Source of the DNA: Sedimentisphaerales bacterium
GTDB taxonomy: Bacteria > Planctomycetota > Phycisphaerae > Sedimentisphaerales > SM23-30
Assembly: GCA_963663965.2 (NCBI GenBank)
Contig: CAXXFK010000028.1
Coordinates: 589,212 to 653,211, forward strand
Length of the DNA stretch: 64,000 nucleotides
Direction of reading: 5' to 3'
Position numbers and translations under genes: made by a program. This document shows positions 19,496 through 29,701 of this stretch, in pieces; the first letter of the stretch is position 1, and each line of letters starts with the position of its first letter. Below the pieces are notes generated by a model that made no database searches, had not been told where the DNA came from, and was given only the letters and a program-made list of their open reading frames with translations.

Positions 19496-19783
19496 AAAGG
19501 CAAAGAAGATAACAGCCATTTTTTACCACGGAAAAACGCGGAAAGACACGGAAGAAAGGCAAAATGCAGGATGCAAAATTGGAGGGGCTGGCGTTGTTTG
19601 TGATTTTTTTATTTTTGATGGGGGGAGAGGTGTTATGTGTCCAAAGCTTTACGGTGTTATGTTTGATGGTATCCGGCTGTTGATTCTGCTGAAGGAATGT
19701 GAATGATGATGTGGAAGAAAACCTGTTTAGATCAGCCCGCCGTGGCGGATCTGCGGTATGGGAAAAATAAGTTTTACCCATCC
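19496..19783 (+). repeat. ~300-bp non-coding tandem repeat, unit 2
   Basis: Aligns with 19131-19436. Confidence 0.95.
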
Positions 19784-20349
19784 GCGACTTAATATTTATT
19801 GAATCAAAAAATTTGAAAATAAACTTTATTGGGTAATTGAAAATGTCACAATTAATGTGTGGATTCAGAGATTGGATATGTGGACGTGTTGCTGATTCAG
19901 TTTTGTCATTAATTATGGGTAATGACAAGCTTGGCAAAGCTATTGACAGTGCAGTAAAAGTGTGGGCAGGGGGATTGAAAGAAAATGAACATGTCGAACC
20001 AATTTCTTTATTCAATTATTACGATGGTTTAGTAGATGATGCAATGCATCCACATTATTTCAAGCTTCAGCAGACACTAAAAAGCAGAAATTTGCCTAAG
20101 AAAAGGGAAATTTTCGATGCACTAATGGAAAATTGGTTACATGTAAAAGAAAATATTTCTGAGCCGCAACCATTTTATAATTTAGAAATAAATATAGCGA
20201 AAGAAAAGCTCGAACAACTGGCAGAATTAATTTATGAAGCCTGTAAACAAAATGAAGAAATGTTTCGAAACTTTATGATTGCCGGCATGGATGAATTGTT
20301 GTCGATCCAAAAAATGAAAGTTAGCCCATACTGCGATATTATACAATAT

Positions 20350-21763
20350 CACTCTTGTCCAAAATAAATTTTGACAATTAAATAGAGATATCTCCAGGAT
20401 GAGTTATATTAAAGTTGCAAAAAAATAAAAAACTCAGCTGGAGATATAAACCCATGATAAAGTCAGGCAGTCTGTTTACGCAAGTACTTTCTCTGGTAGA
20501 TCGTAATGAATTTGCCCGATCTGTAGATCGATTTGGGGCGGAAAAGCATTGCAAGGGCTTCCGTTGCTGGGATCAGTTTGTGTCAATGATGTTTTGCCAG
20601 TTGGCCGGTGCGAACTCCCTGCGTGAGATCTGTGGTGGATTATCCACGGCCCTGGGCAAATTGACCCATCTGGGCATGAAAGAGGCGCCCTCCCGTTCCA
20701 CCCTGAGCTACGCGAATACTCAGCGGCCATGGCAGTTGTATGAAGCGACCTTCTATCAGCTTTATCAGTATGGCGCTGAGATCGCCGGTAAGCAGAAGCG
20801 GCGCTTCCGATTCAAGAACCCGTTATTCAGCATAGATGCCAGCACCATTGACTTGTGCCTTAAGGTGTTTGACTGGGCCAGATTTCGGCAGCGTAAAGGA
20901 GCGGTGAAACTCCACATGATGCTTGATCACCAGGGCTGTTTGCCCAGTTGGGCCTGGATCACCGACGGCAAGGTTCATGATGTCAAAGCGGCCAGAATGC
21001 TTGATTTAGAGCCGGGAACGATCGTAGCGATGGATCGAGGGTATGTCGATTACGAATTATTTGACCACTGGACTGAAACCGGTGTCTGGTTTGTCACCAA
21101 AGCCAAAAGTAATATGAACTACCGCGTGGTCGAATCTCGGGAGGTTCCTGAGAGAGGCAATATTCTGTCCGATGAGTTGATCGAATTTACCGGTTATCAA
21201 GCCCAAAAAAGATGCCCTCGTGTGATGCGGCGGATTGTGGTATGGGATGCGGAAAATGAGCGTGAGATTACCTTGCTGACCAATCATCTGACATTTGCCG
21301 CCAGCACGATCAGTTCGATCTACAAAGATCGCTGGCAGATTGAGTTGTTTTTCAAGGCGCTCAAGCAGAATTTAAAAGTAAAGACCTTTGTGGGTACCAG
21401 CGAAAATGCCGTCAAGACACAGATTTGGACAGCATTGATATGTAGCTTAATACTGAAGATCATGCAGATGCGTTCCCGTTTTGGCTGGAGCCTGTCTAAC
21501 CTGGCCGCCCTGTTAAGGCTTAACTTGATGACTTATCGTGAGTTGTGGACATGGCTGGATAATCCGTATCAAACGGCGGCATTAGGGCCGCCTGTCAACC
21601 AGCCCTTATTGTTTGAACTGTAACTTGGACAGCATGAAATATAACCGTATAAAAAAACAGGGTAACCTGAACTCAGAAAATGGAAAAATCTGTCTGAAAC
21701 AACCCTTTCAGGCCGGTTTAGAGACAACATGTTAGAGATTTCAATTTATTTTGGACAGCAGTG
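20350..21763 (+). mobile_element. IS4-family insertion sequence, 1414 bp
   Basis: Inverted repeats CACTCTTGTCCAAAATAAATT / CACTGCTGTCCAAAATAAATT; 9-bp target duplication ATACAATAT at 20341-20349 and 21764-21772. Confidence 0.96.
20454..21623 (+). CDS. IS4-family DDE transposase (DUF4372 N-terminal domain)
   Basis: SIDASTI, MDRGYVDY, YKDRWQIELFFKALKQ (Y-R-E-K signature). Confidence 0.96.
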   Translation: MIKSGSLFTQVLSLVDRNEFARSVDRFGAEKHCKGFRCWDQFVSMMFCQLAGANSLREICGGLSTALGKLTHLGMKEAPSRSTLSYANTQRPWQLYEATFYQLYQYGAEIAGKQKRRFRFKNPLFSIDASTIDLCLKVFDWARFRQRKGAVKLHMMLDHQGCLPSWAWITDGKVHDVKAARMLDLEPGTIVAMDRGYVDYELFDHWTETGVWFVTKAKSNMNYRVVESREVPERGNILSDELIEFTGYQAQKRCPRVMRRIVVWDAENEREITLLTNHLTFAASTISSIYKDRWQIELFFKALKQNLKVKTFVGTSENAVKTQIWTALICSLILKIMQMRSRFGWSLSNLAALLRLNLMTYRELWTWLDNPYQTAALGPPVNQPLLFEL

Positions 21764-24700
21764 ATACAATATGGTATATCAAAAATGATACCAAATGATC
21801 TGGCAGGTGTAGAGTATGGAAAAGAAAACCCGATGCTCAATGTCCCGCCACCAGTTAATATCCTTTCCCAAAGAAAAGAAACAGTATCTCAAATAATTAC
21901 CGATATTCAACAACATACATGGATTGTAATGCAAGGAGACTATGGTGCAGGCAAGACGCAACTTATTGCCCAAGCATGTCAGCATTTAGGAAGTATAATG
22001 GGTTGGCTTAGTCTTCATAATACACAAGATATTCGTGAAGCTACGTGTAGACTTGATAATGCAGTATGCTTAATGGTTGGGGTAGACCTAAAAAGCCAAT
22101 GTGGAGTTATTAAGGCGTATGAAAGCCTTGCCAAAAACAATAAATCCGGTTCAATTTTTGTAATTGATGATTTACCACGGTTATCAGGCTCTGACTTTAT
22201 GAGTCAAAGATTATTGACACTTAAAAATATCTTTACTCAATACGGTCACCATATTATTACAATATCAAATTATCAATTACCTCAATCATTATTAGATAGC
22301 GATATATTGTCGATTAATGTTCCACCATTTAATGCTGACGAAATTAATGAATTACTACTTTTACATGGGGCCCCAGCTAGTTTATTAGATAAATCCATGT
22401 TAGGTTTATTTGAATGTATGACCAATGGGAATGGAACTTTACTGGTTGCATTAGCTAGATACTTACTTAAGAATAATTGGATCTTAAACAAAAGTAATTT
22501 AAAAGCAATATTTGGAGGAGAGTATGCTACACATTTAGCAGAGCAAGTAATTTTACGACTTGTTGATACTGTTGATGATAACAGCAGAGAACTATTGTAT
22601 AGGTTGAATTGTGTGTTAGGGAATTTTGGTGTTGATGAAGTTAATATTGTTGCTCAAATAGAACCAAACATTGAAAGACCCTTAGAAAGTCTAATGCATT
22701 TGAAAGGCATGTGGATTCAATGTAAAGGTAATAATGAATATGCTATATCCCCGCTAGTCAAACAGCTTGGGAATGCCAATATTAGTAAAAGTAAATATAT
22801 CAATATATCGAGGATACTCGGTGAGAATATAATGAAAAGGGAGAAGAAGAACCAGTATGACGCACAAACGGCAATCTTATACTTTATTGCTGCTCAAGAA
22901 TATACTAAAGCTGTATTAATATTGATTAGCGTATTACAATCATCAATTATTAACAATCAACGAATTGATGATACCTGCTTGGGAATAATATGGCTTGAAA
23001 CCAAAATTCCCAATCAAGTTCCAATATCATTGCGTATTGTATTAAGAGGTATGCAAATAGCAGTTAATTTTAATAATGCGAACATATCATATCTAATGAA
23101 CGACTTGAATATTTTGGTTGAATCGGCAAGTGCGGATCATTTATTTTCTATATTTTCTTCGATGGTCATGATTTTAGGGAAAGTTGATCTTAAAAAAATC
23201 GATTTAAAATTAGTTTGTCCAATAATAGCAAAAACGATCAAATTGATATATGAACATTCATCGGAAGACAGTTCTGGTATATCTTTATGTAGTGAATTTC
23301 CATTAGATATAGCAGTTAATATGCCAGTATCGGGTATTACAACATATGAAGATTTGCGGGTTTGGATTGAATTTCTAGAATCTGTGCCTGTTAGTATAAG
23401 AGAAGAAGCTCTATCCAATGAAAATGGAATTGAAGCATGCATCCATGCTTTTAATGGTTTATGGTTGAAGGAGTATGAAAAAACTGAAAATAAGGACTGG
23501 GGTAAGTTGCAGAGTATTTGTGAAGAAGTTGGATCGCAGGCAAAACGGTTAGAATTAGAAGTGTTGTGGGCTTGCGCTCAAAGAACGATAATCATAATTA
23601 ATGCTGATAATCAGGACGATATTGAGCATGCAGAGAATATTGCCAATGATGCATTAATACAATGTAAAGGAGAAAAAAAGGCAATATTTATTATTTGTAA
23701 CACATTAGGATGTCAATATTATTATAAAAAGATGAATGATAAAGCTTATTTTTGGCTTTCCAGGGCTTTAGATGAAGGAGATGGACAATTATTCCCAACA
23801 ATGAAATTAATGAATTTTAATTATTTAAGTTGCATTGTAGGTAAAAATGACAAGGTGAAATCTTTGGATTATTCTCAGTTCGCTTTAGATTATGCACTTA
23901 ATTATGCCACGCATCTGCCATTAGAGCAAGCTAGGGCATATGGTGAACTAGGAGTGGCAAGATGGTTGAGTGGCGAAAAAATGATATCGGTCTTTCAATG
24001 TCTTGATGAAGGTATGCGTATTCTTTTAGAAAACAAAGAGGGTGATAAACATTGGAAAGCGCTTGTTGTATCTATGGGGCATACAATCAATTATTTTTAT
24101 ACCCTTATTAAAACAGGTACAGCGCCAAGTATGGCTAGTGATGGCAGTACTTATGTAGCACCATTTCGAGGCCAGTATTATATGCCGAATTTTGATGAAA
24201 GGGCCCAGCTATATAGCGATGACACAATAAGTTCCATTTGTCTTTTTATGGCACAATGGGCTGAAATAGAACAGGATTATATTAATGCATCTTATTGGGC
24301 AAATAATGCTATCACACGATGTGATAATGCACAGAAAATGATTTATGAATGCATAATTATTGGTGTTGTTATTTCAAATGCCATAATACAAAATCAATAT
24401 GGTGAAGCAATTAAGAAATCTTATAGTGCAGGTATCAGTTATGCAGTTTTGTCAAGTGATAATTTTAATCATACCATGTTAGGTGAATGCTGCAAAGAAT
24501 TAGAAAGTATTTTGAAAAACAAGTCAAGCCAGAACTTAGAAAAAGCTGATGTACAGGCATGTGTATTATTTGTATTGCCAGCTGTAATAAATATTCTGAG
24601 AATTTATTTGACTGATATTGACCAAGCACAAATATTGTTAGAAAAATTAAAATTAGAATTGGATAATTTTAAAGAGAGGGCTTCATTTCCATTGTTGTGG

Positions 24701-25245
24701 AATATGACAACAAACCTTATTTCTGAAATATTTAATCCAGCTATTTCGACAAATACATTGATTGATCATATAAAGGAATTTAAAAAGCATGATTTAAATG
24801 TACTGCAAGCGATATGCTATTGTGGTATTTCGATAAAAAAGGATGCTAAACTTACATCTGTGATGAAATGTCAGTTAATGGCGCTATCTTGGATATTTAA
24901 AAGCACATCCAATTCTCCGATGATTCAAAATATGATTATCATACCTTTCTTTAAAGAGTATTGGATTTCTCGATATGAATCACAGCGATTTCGATTTAAT
25001 ATGTTAGGGGAACTTGAGAAAGAGCTATCTGAGGCAAAGAAAGCAAACGGTCAACAAGGGTTAAAAGCTATGTTTAAAGCGATTTCTAATTCTTTGGGAG
25101 TTTCATATGATATGCGTTACTTTGATTGGGAATAGTAAATTTGTATTTTAGAGAATGTTTTAGTCCTGAAATAGCGCTTGTCATGAGACATACAAGAGTT
25201 GCTGAGACAAGCAGGGAGGATTGGAAAAGGGATTGTATGGACGGA

Positions 25246-25280
25246 CACGGACTGGCACAGACATGCACGGACAGACACCG
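25246..25280 (+). repeat. Triple-heptamer motif CACRGAC with 10-bp period
   Basis: CACGGAC-TGG-CACAGAC-ATG-CACGGAC-AGA-CACCG. Confidence 0.75.
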
Positions 25281-25398
25281 GGATTGGGATGATGTGTATA
25301 TGAAATTTGAGATTTAAAAAGAAGATTGTGTTTGATTTTTTATCCGCCGGTCTGGTGACATGTGTTTCGATGGTAATAGGCTTGATTTGAATAGTGTC

Positions 25399-25483
25399 GT
25401 CCCTACGGGACTTGTTGGTGTATGGGGGATGGGTGGTCCCGCAGTTGAAACTGCGGGCTATGTACTTTTGTCCCTGGCGGGAC
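25399..25483. repeat. REP-like triple-hairpin element
   Basis: GTCCC-TAC-GGGAC, CCCGCAGTT-GA-AACTGCGGG and GTCCC-TGGC-GGGAC palindromes in series. Confidence 0.7.
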
Positions 25484-25513
25484 TTTTATTGAAACCAATA
25501 CATTGATTTTTGT

Positions 25514-25717
25514 TTGAGAGTGGTGAATTGGGATATCAGAGCGGATTTTGATAAGGAGCGGCGGGCGATGGAGAAGATCTGGAAGAGCCGGGAGAAGCAG
25601 ATCGAGACGGTCTTGGGGAACCTGGGTGGGATTGAAGGGGCGTTGCAGGGGTATTTGGGGACGAAGGCGCTGGGTGAAGGTGGGATAACGATGTTGGAGG
25701 GGATGGGGGAGGAATGA
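25514..25717 (+). pseudogene. C-terminal remnant of a DUF2130-like protein
   Basis: DFDKERRAMEKIWKSREKQIETV..GIEGALQG resembles the DUF2130 C-terminus from memory; no upstream body or good start. Confidence 0.6.
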
Positions 25718-25823
25718 TCGGGGGGGGGGTATTATATGGGCAATCACGGGGGATTGCCCCTACAGGGGGGGAGATATTGAAGGCCGGGAAGGGGGGATCA
25801 AATTTGGGGTGGGAAACTGTGTG

Positions 25824-26606
25824 TTAGAGGGGTTGGATGGGGCTGAAGAGTTTGTTGGTGGTGCGGCCGAGGCGGGCGGCGAGGGTTCGGGCGGTGATTT
25901 CCATGATTTTGAGGCAGAGTTGCGGGTGTTGTTTTTTGAGGGTGGTGAATCCGGCTTTGCCGATCTGGATGAGTCGTGAGGGGTTGACGGCCATGATGGT
26001 GGCGGAGTGGGGTTCGTCGGTAACCATGGTGTATTCGCCGAAGATCTGGCCGGCGGAGACGACGGCGAGTTGGCGGTTGGGGTCGGGCTGAGCGCTTTTG
26101 AAGATGTTGAGCAGGCCGGAAAAGACGATGAAGAGGCCGCGGAGGTCGGCGTCGGATTCGTTGATGCGGTAGAGGATTTCGCGGGGTTGGAGGTCGCGTA
26201 AGGTGATGATGGGCAGCAGGTTGTGGCAATCTTCGGAGGAAAGGGATTGAAAGAGGGGGAATTCGGAAAGGAATTCGAGCAGCCAGGCGGCACCCTGATG
26301 GACGTATGCACGGACGAGCTGGCGGTATTGATCGGCCAGGCCGGTGAAGCCCAGGCCGCAATAGAACTGGTTGAACTGGGAGTCTTTGCGGGTCCAGACG
26401 ACGCGGGCGGCGGCATCGATGATCTGTTCGTGATTGTCGAGCAGGATGCGGGCCTGGATGATTTCGCCGGGGAGGAGTTCGGTGGTAAGGCGGACACAAA
26501 GGCCGTTTTCGCTGAGGTTGACGGGCCGGGCGGGGGGCAGAGCGGAACCGTCGGAACGGGTGAGTTCGATACCAAAAGCAGTAATTATGCGGGGTACCAT
26601 GGGCAT
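25824..26606 (-). CDS. PilZ domain plus cyclic-nucleotide-binding domain protein
   Basis: NLSENG and ARVVW..CGLGF (PilZ); FPLF, GQIFGE, PHSATIMA (cNMP-binding). Confidence 0.85.
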   Translation of the reverse strand: MPMVPRIITAFGIELTRSDGSALPPARPVNLSENGLCVRLTTELLPGEIIQARILLDNHEQIIDAAARVVWTRKDSQFNQFYCGLGFTGLADQYRQLVRAYVHQGAAWLLEFLSEFPLFQSLSSEDCHNLLPIITLRDLQPREILYRINESDADLRGLFIVFSGLLNIFKSAQPDPNRQLAVVSAGQIFGEYTMVTDEPHSATIMAVNPSRLIQIGKAGFTTLKKQHPQLCLKIMEITARTLAARLGRTTNKLFSPIQPL

Positions 26607-26969
26607 AGGCGATGGCTCAGTTAACAGATATTGATGTGGCCGGGCGGGCCGGCCAGGACTTTCTATTTATTATTTCGGCAGGTCGGGTAAGAGACGTGAA
26701 TCTGGAGCGTTATAGATAGGTGAACCGGCCGCACTGAAGCCCATTTTTGGCATAGTAATCATCAGTTTCCAGTTCAGTAATATGGTCGATTCGCGCAAGA
26801 TTTTCCTTGTATAAGTGACTAAAGGTTGACTATGCTTATAGTTATAGAGGTGAGAACGGGCCGCAGGCTGTTGGCCGGCTGGGAATATTACGGTTGGCAG
26901 CGGCGGCATAAATGCCATTTAAGTATTTAATATTAAATAAGTTATCATCTAAAGGCTCAAGAGAGTGTT

Positions 26970-28388
26970 ATGAACAGCCACGATGTATCCATGCGAAAAC
27001 TGCTGGATCGGATTGAAGATCTGATCGAGACCCAGAGTCTGGATGAGCTGCGGTCACTGCTGGCGGATTCGCGGTCATCGGATGTGGCGGAAGTGGTTGA
27101 GGTGTTGGATGAGGTGGCCCGTCAGATCCTGTTCGATCTGCTGGAGCCGAAAGAGGCGGCGGTGGTTCTGGAGAAGATCGACGAGGCGATTCGTAATGAG
27201 ATATACGAAGAGCTGAGCGATGATGAACTGCGCGATATGGTGCAGAGTCTGCCCCCGGATGAGGCGGCGGATATTGTGGCGGAGCTGCCGGAAGCGCGTA
27301 CTGAGGGATTGCTGGATCTGATACCGGACGCGGAATCGGAACAGATCGAAAAGCTGTTGACGTATGAGGATGATACGGCCGGCGGTATTATGACGCCGGA
27401 ACTGGTGCGGGTACGGATCGATCAGACGATCCGGGAGGCGATCGAAGAGTTTCGCAAGTTCGATCCGGAAGAGGATGAGGTGTTTTACGCGTTTGTGGTG
27501 GATGGACACGGGATCTATAAAGGGGTGGTATCGGTGCATTCGATGCTGCGGTATCCGAGAATCACACCGTTAAAGGATGTGATGGAGGATGAACTGCCGA
27601 CGATCGAAGCGCATATGGATCAGGAGGCGATCGCGAATATATTCCGTAAGAACGACCTGTATGTAGCGCCGGTCGTGGACCGCCAGGGCCGGTTGCTGGG
27701 CCGGATTACGGTGGATGATGTAGTGGATGTCATGGAAGAAGAGGCGGAAGAGGATGTGATGGTGATGGCGGGAACGCATCCGGATGAATTTTTGACGAAT
27801 CAGCCGCTCAAGGCGGCGTCGGTCCGGCTGCCGTGGCTGCTGACGTGTATGGTGAGCAGTATGTGTTCGGCGGGGATTATCTATCGGATTTTCGGGGCGC
27901 AGATCGCGGCGGTGGACTGGGCGTGTCTGCTGATGTTTGTGCCGGCGATCGCGGCGATGGGCGGCAACAGCGGGATGCAGACCTCGACGGTGGTGGTGCG
28001 CGGATTGGCGACGGGTGACCTGGCGGCGATGGATCTATTTCAGGTGTTTGCGCGTGAATTCAAGGTATCGTCGATCGTTTCGGTGATCTGCGGGATGCTG
28101 TCGGGGATTATGGCGTATATCTGGCTGCATGTGTCGCCGGCCCGGGTGCAGGACGCGCCGCCGTTCGATATGGGGCATTCGCTGCCGCTGGGGCTGGCGG
28201 TGGGGAGCGCGATGTTTCTGGCGATCCAGATCTCGACGTTTATGGGGATGGTGCTGCCGTACCTGTTCCGGCGGATGGGGATCGATCCGGCGATCAGTTC
28301 GGGGCCGCTGGTGACGACGGCCAACGATATGCTGAGCTATCTGATTTATTTCAGCCTGGCGCTGCTGTTTCTGGGGATTGTGAATTGA
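26970..28388 (+). CDS. mgtE: Magnesium transporter MgtE
   Basis: Acidic N-domain, YEDDTAGGIMT, CBS pair, GGNSGMQ, DPAISSGPLVTTAND. Confidence 0.96.
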   Translation: MNSHDVSMRKLLDRIEDLIETQSLDELRSLLADSRSSDVAEVVEVLDEVARQILFDLLEPKEAAVVLEKIDEAIRNEIYEELSDDELRDMVQSLPPDEAADIVAELPEARTEGLLDLIPDAESEQIEKLLTYEDDTAGGIMTPELVRVRIDQTIREAIEEFRKFDPEEDEVFYAFVVDGHGIYKGVVSVHSMLRYPRITPLKDVMEDELPTIEAHMDQEAIANIFRKNDLYVAPVVDRQGRLLGRITVDDVVDVMEEEAEEDVMVMAGTHPDEFLTNQPLKAASVRLPWLLTCMVSSMCSAGIIYRIFGAQIAAVDWACLLMFVPAIAAMGGNSGMQTSTVVVRGLATGDLAAMDLFQVFAREFKVSSIVSVICGMLSGIMAYIWLHVSPARVQDAPPFDMGHSLPLGLAVGSAMFLAIQISTFMGMVLPYLFRRMGIDPAISSGPLVTTANDMLSYLIYFSLALLFLGIVN

Positions 28389-28401
28389 GGATGAGCGGGC
28401 G

Positions 28402-29547
28402 ATGAGACCATTTTCATTGTTGATCAAACCAGCGGGGCCCGATTGTAATCTGGCGTGTCATTACTGTTTTTACATGTGCAAGACCGAGATGTTCGGGACG
28501 CAACGGCACCGGATGAGCGATGAGGTGCTGGAGTGCCTGGTGCGGAGTTACCTGGGATTGGGATTTCCGGTGAATAATTTTCCGTTTCAGGGCGGCGAGC
28601 CGACACTGATGGGGTTGGATTTTTATAAAAAGGTGGTGGCGCTGCAAAAACAATATGGGCGGACGGGTCAGACGGTGAGCAACGCGTTGCAGACCAATGG
28701 GATTCTGTTGAATGATGACGCGTGGTGCGTATTTCTGCACGAGTATCATTTTCTACTGGGGATCAGTCTGGATGGGCCGGAGGTATTTCATGATCATTAT
28801 CGCAAGGATCACGCCGGGCGGGGGACGTGGCAGCGGGTGATGGAGGCGATCGCGTGCTGCCGGCGGCACCGGGTGGAGTTTAATATACTGGTTTTGCTGA
28901 ATGACCGGAACGTGAAGGAGCCGGACCGACTGTTCGATTTTTTTGTGGAGCAGGGGATCGAGTATCTGCAGTTTGTGCCGTGTGTGGAGCGCGGGAGCGG
29001 AACGGGCGAGATCGCGCCGTACGCGTGCAGTCCGCAGGAATATGGGGCGTTTATGTGCCGGATATTTGACCGGTGGCTGGAGTATGGCCCGACGCGCTTG
29101 AGTATCCGGCTATTCGATTCGATTATGCATTATTATCTGAACGGGCAGCATACGAATTGTACTTTTATGGAGCGGTGCAGCGATTATATTGTGATTGAGC
29201 ATAACGGGGACGCATTCTGCTGCGATTTTTTTGTGACGGAGGAGTGGAAGCTGGGGAATATACTGGAAACGCCTATCGAAACGTTGTACGAAGGGGGGGT
29301 AAAGAAAAAATTCGCCAAGACAAAACGGAAGGTGGCACAGAAGTGTTTTGTCTGCCGGCATTATGAGATTTGCCGGGGCGGGTGTTTGAAGGACCGGCTG
29401 GCGAAGGACGATAACTATAGTAATGTAAGCTATTTATGTGAAGGATATCGGGCGATATTCGATCACGCGTTGCCGCGCTTGCGGGAATTAACGGAGATGT
29501 TGCGGTATCAGAATCGGGCGATGGGCGGTCCTTCGATTGGGCTGTAG
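28402..29547 (+). CDS. Anaerobic sulfatase maturase (radical SAM/SPASM)
   Basis: IKPAGPDCNLACHYCFY, QGGEPTL, QTNG, C-terminal Cys clusters CRGGCLK. Confidence 0.93.
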   Translation: MRPFSLLIKPAGPDCNLACHYCFYMCKTEMFGTQRHRMSDEVLECLVRSYLGLGFPVNNFPFQGGEPTLMGLDFYKKVVALQKQYGRTGQTVSNALQTNGILLNDDAWCVFLHEYHFLLGISLDGPEVFHDHYRKDHAGRGTWQRVMEAIACCRRHRVEFNILVLLNDRNVKEPDRLFDFFVEQGIEYLQFVPCVERGSGTGEIAPYACSPQEYGAFMCRIFDRWLEYGPTRLSIRLFDSIMHYYLNGQHTNCTFMERCSDYIVIEHNGDAFCCDFFVTEEWKLGNILETPIETLYEGGVKKKFAKTKRKVAQKCFVCRHYEICRGGCLKDRLAKDDNYSNVSYLCEGYRAIFDHALPRLRELTEMLRYQNRAMGGPSIGL

Positions 29548-29580
29548 GAATAGGGAAAAGGATTTTTTTGAAGTAGGGTC

Positions 29581-29608
29581 TTGACAAACTTCGAATATGT
29601 GTTAAAAT
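29581..29608 (+). promoter_or_regulatory. Sigma70-type promoter of rplM-rpsI
   Basis: TTGACA-N16-TAAAAT about 95 bp upstream of the ATG. Confidence 0.7.
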
Positions 29609-29701
29609 TCGCCACTCTGTATTTATAAGCCAAGACGGCTATAACACTAACAGGTTAAAAGAGTTAAAGCGCTTTTTTGAGGCGTAAGGAATTAAGATAA
29701 A

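Larger units (their letters stand above)
19837..25135 (+). pseudogene. IS-interrupted large STAND/NLR-like P-loop NTPase with long helical (TPR-like) C-terminus, about 1290 aa when rejoined
   Basis: Removing 20350-21772 restores one frame (..CDIIQY|GISKMIP..); Walker A GDYGAGKT, Walker B IFVIDDL, VPPF motif; very AT-rich. Confidence 0.85.

Noticed and set aside
18629..19556. CRISPR array from three identical ~30-bp repeats
   Set aside because: Spacing of 531 and 364 bp is far too long, one interval holds a gene, and no cas genes are present
19356..20015. ORFs of 116 and 192 aa across the tandem repeat
   Set aside because: Frames are not conserved between the two repeat units
21761..25135. 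Independent 1124-aa gene starting at GTG 21761
   Set aside because: That GTG is the last 3 bp of the IS4 inverted repeat; the ORF is the 3' part of the split gene, although expression from the IS end cannot be excluded
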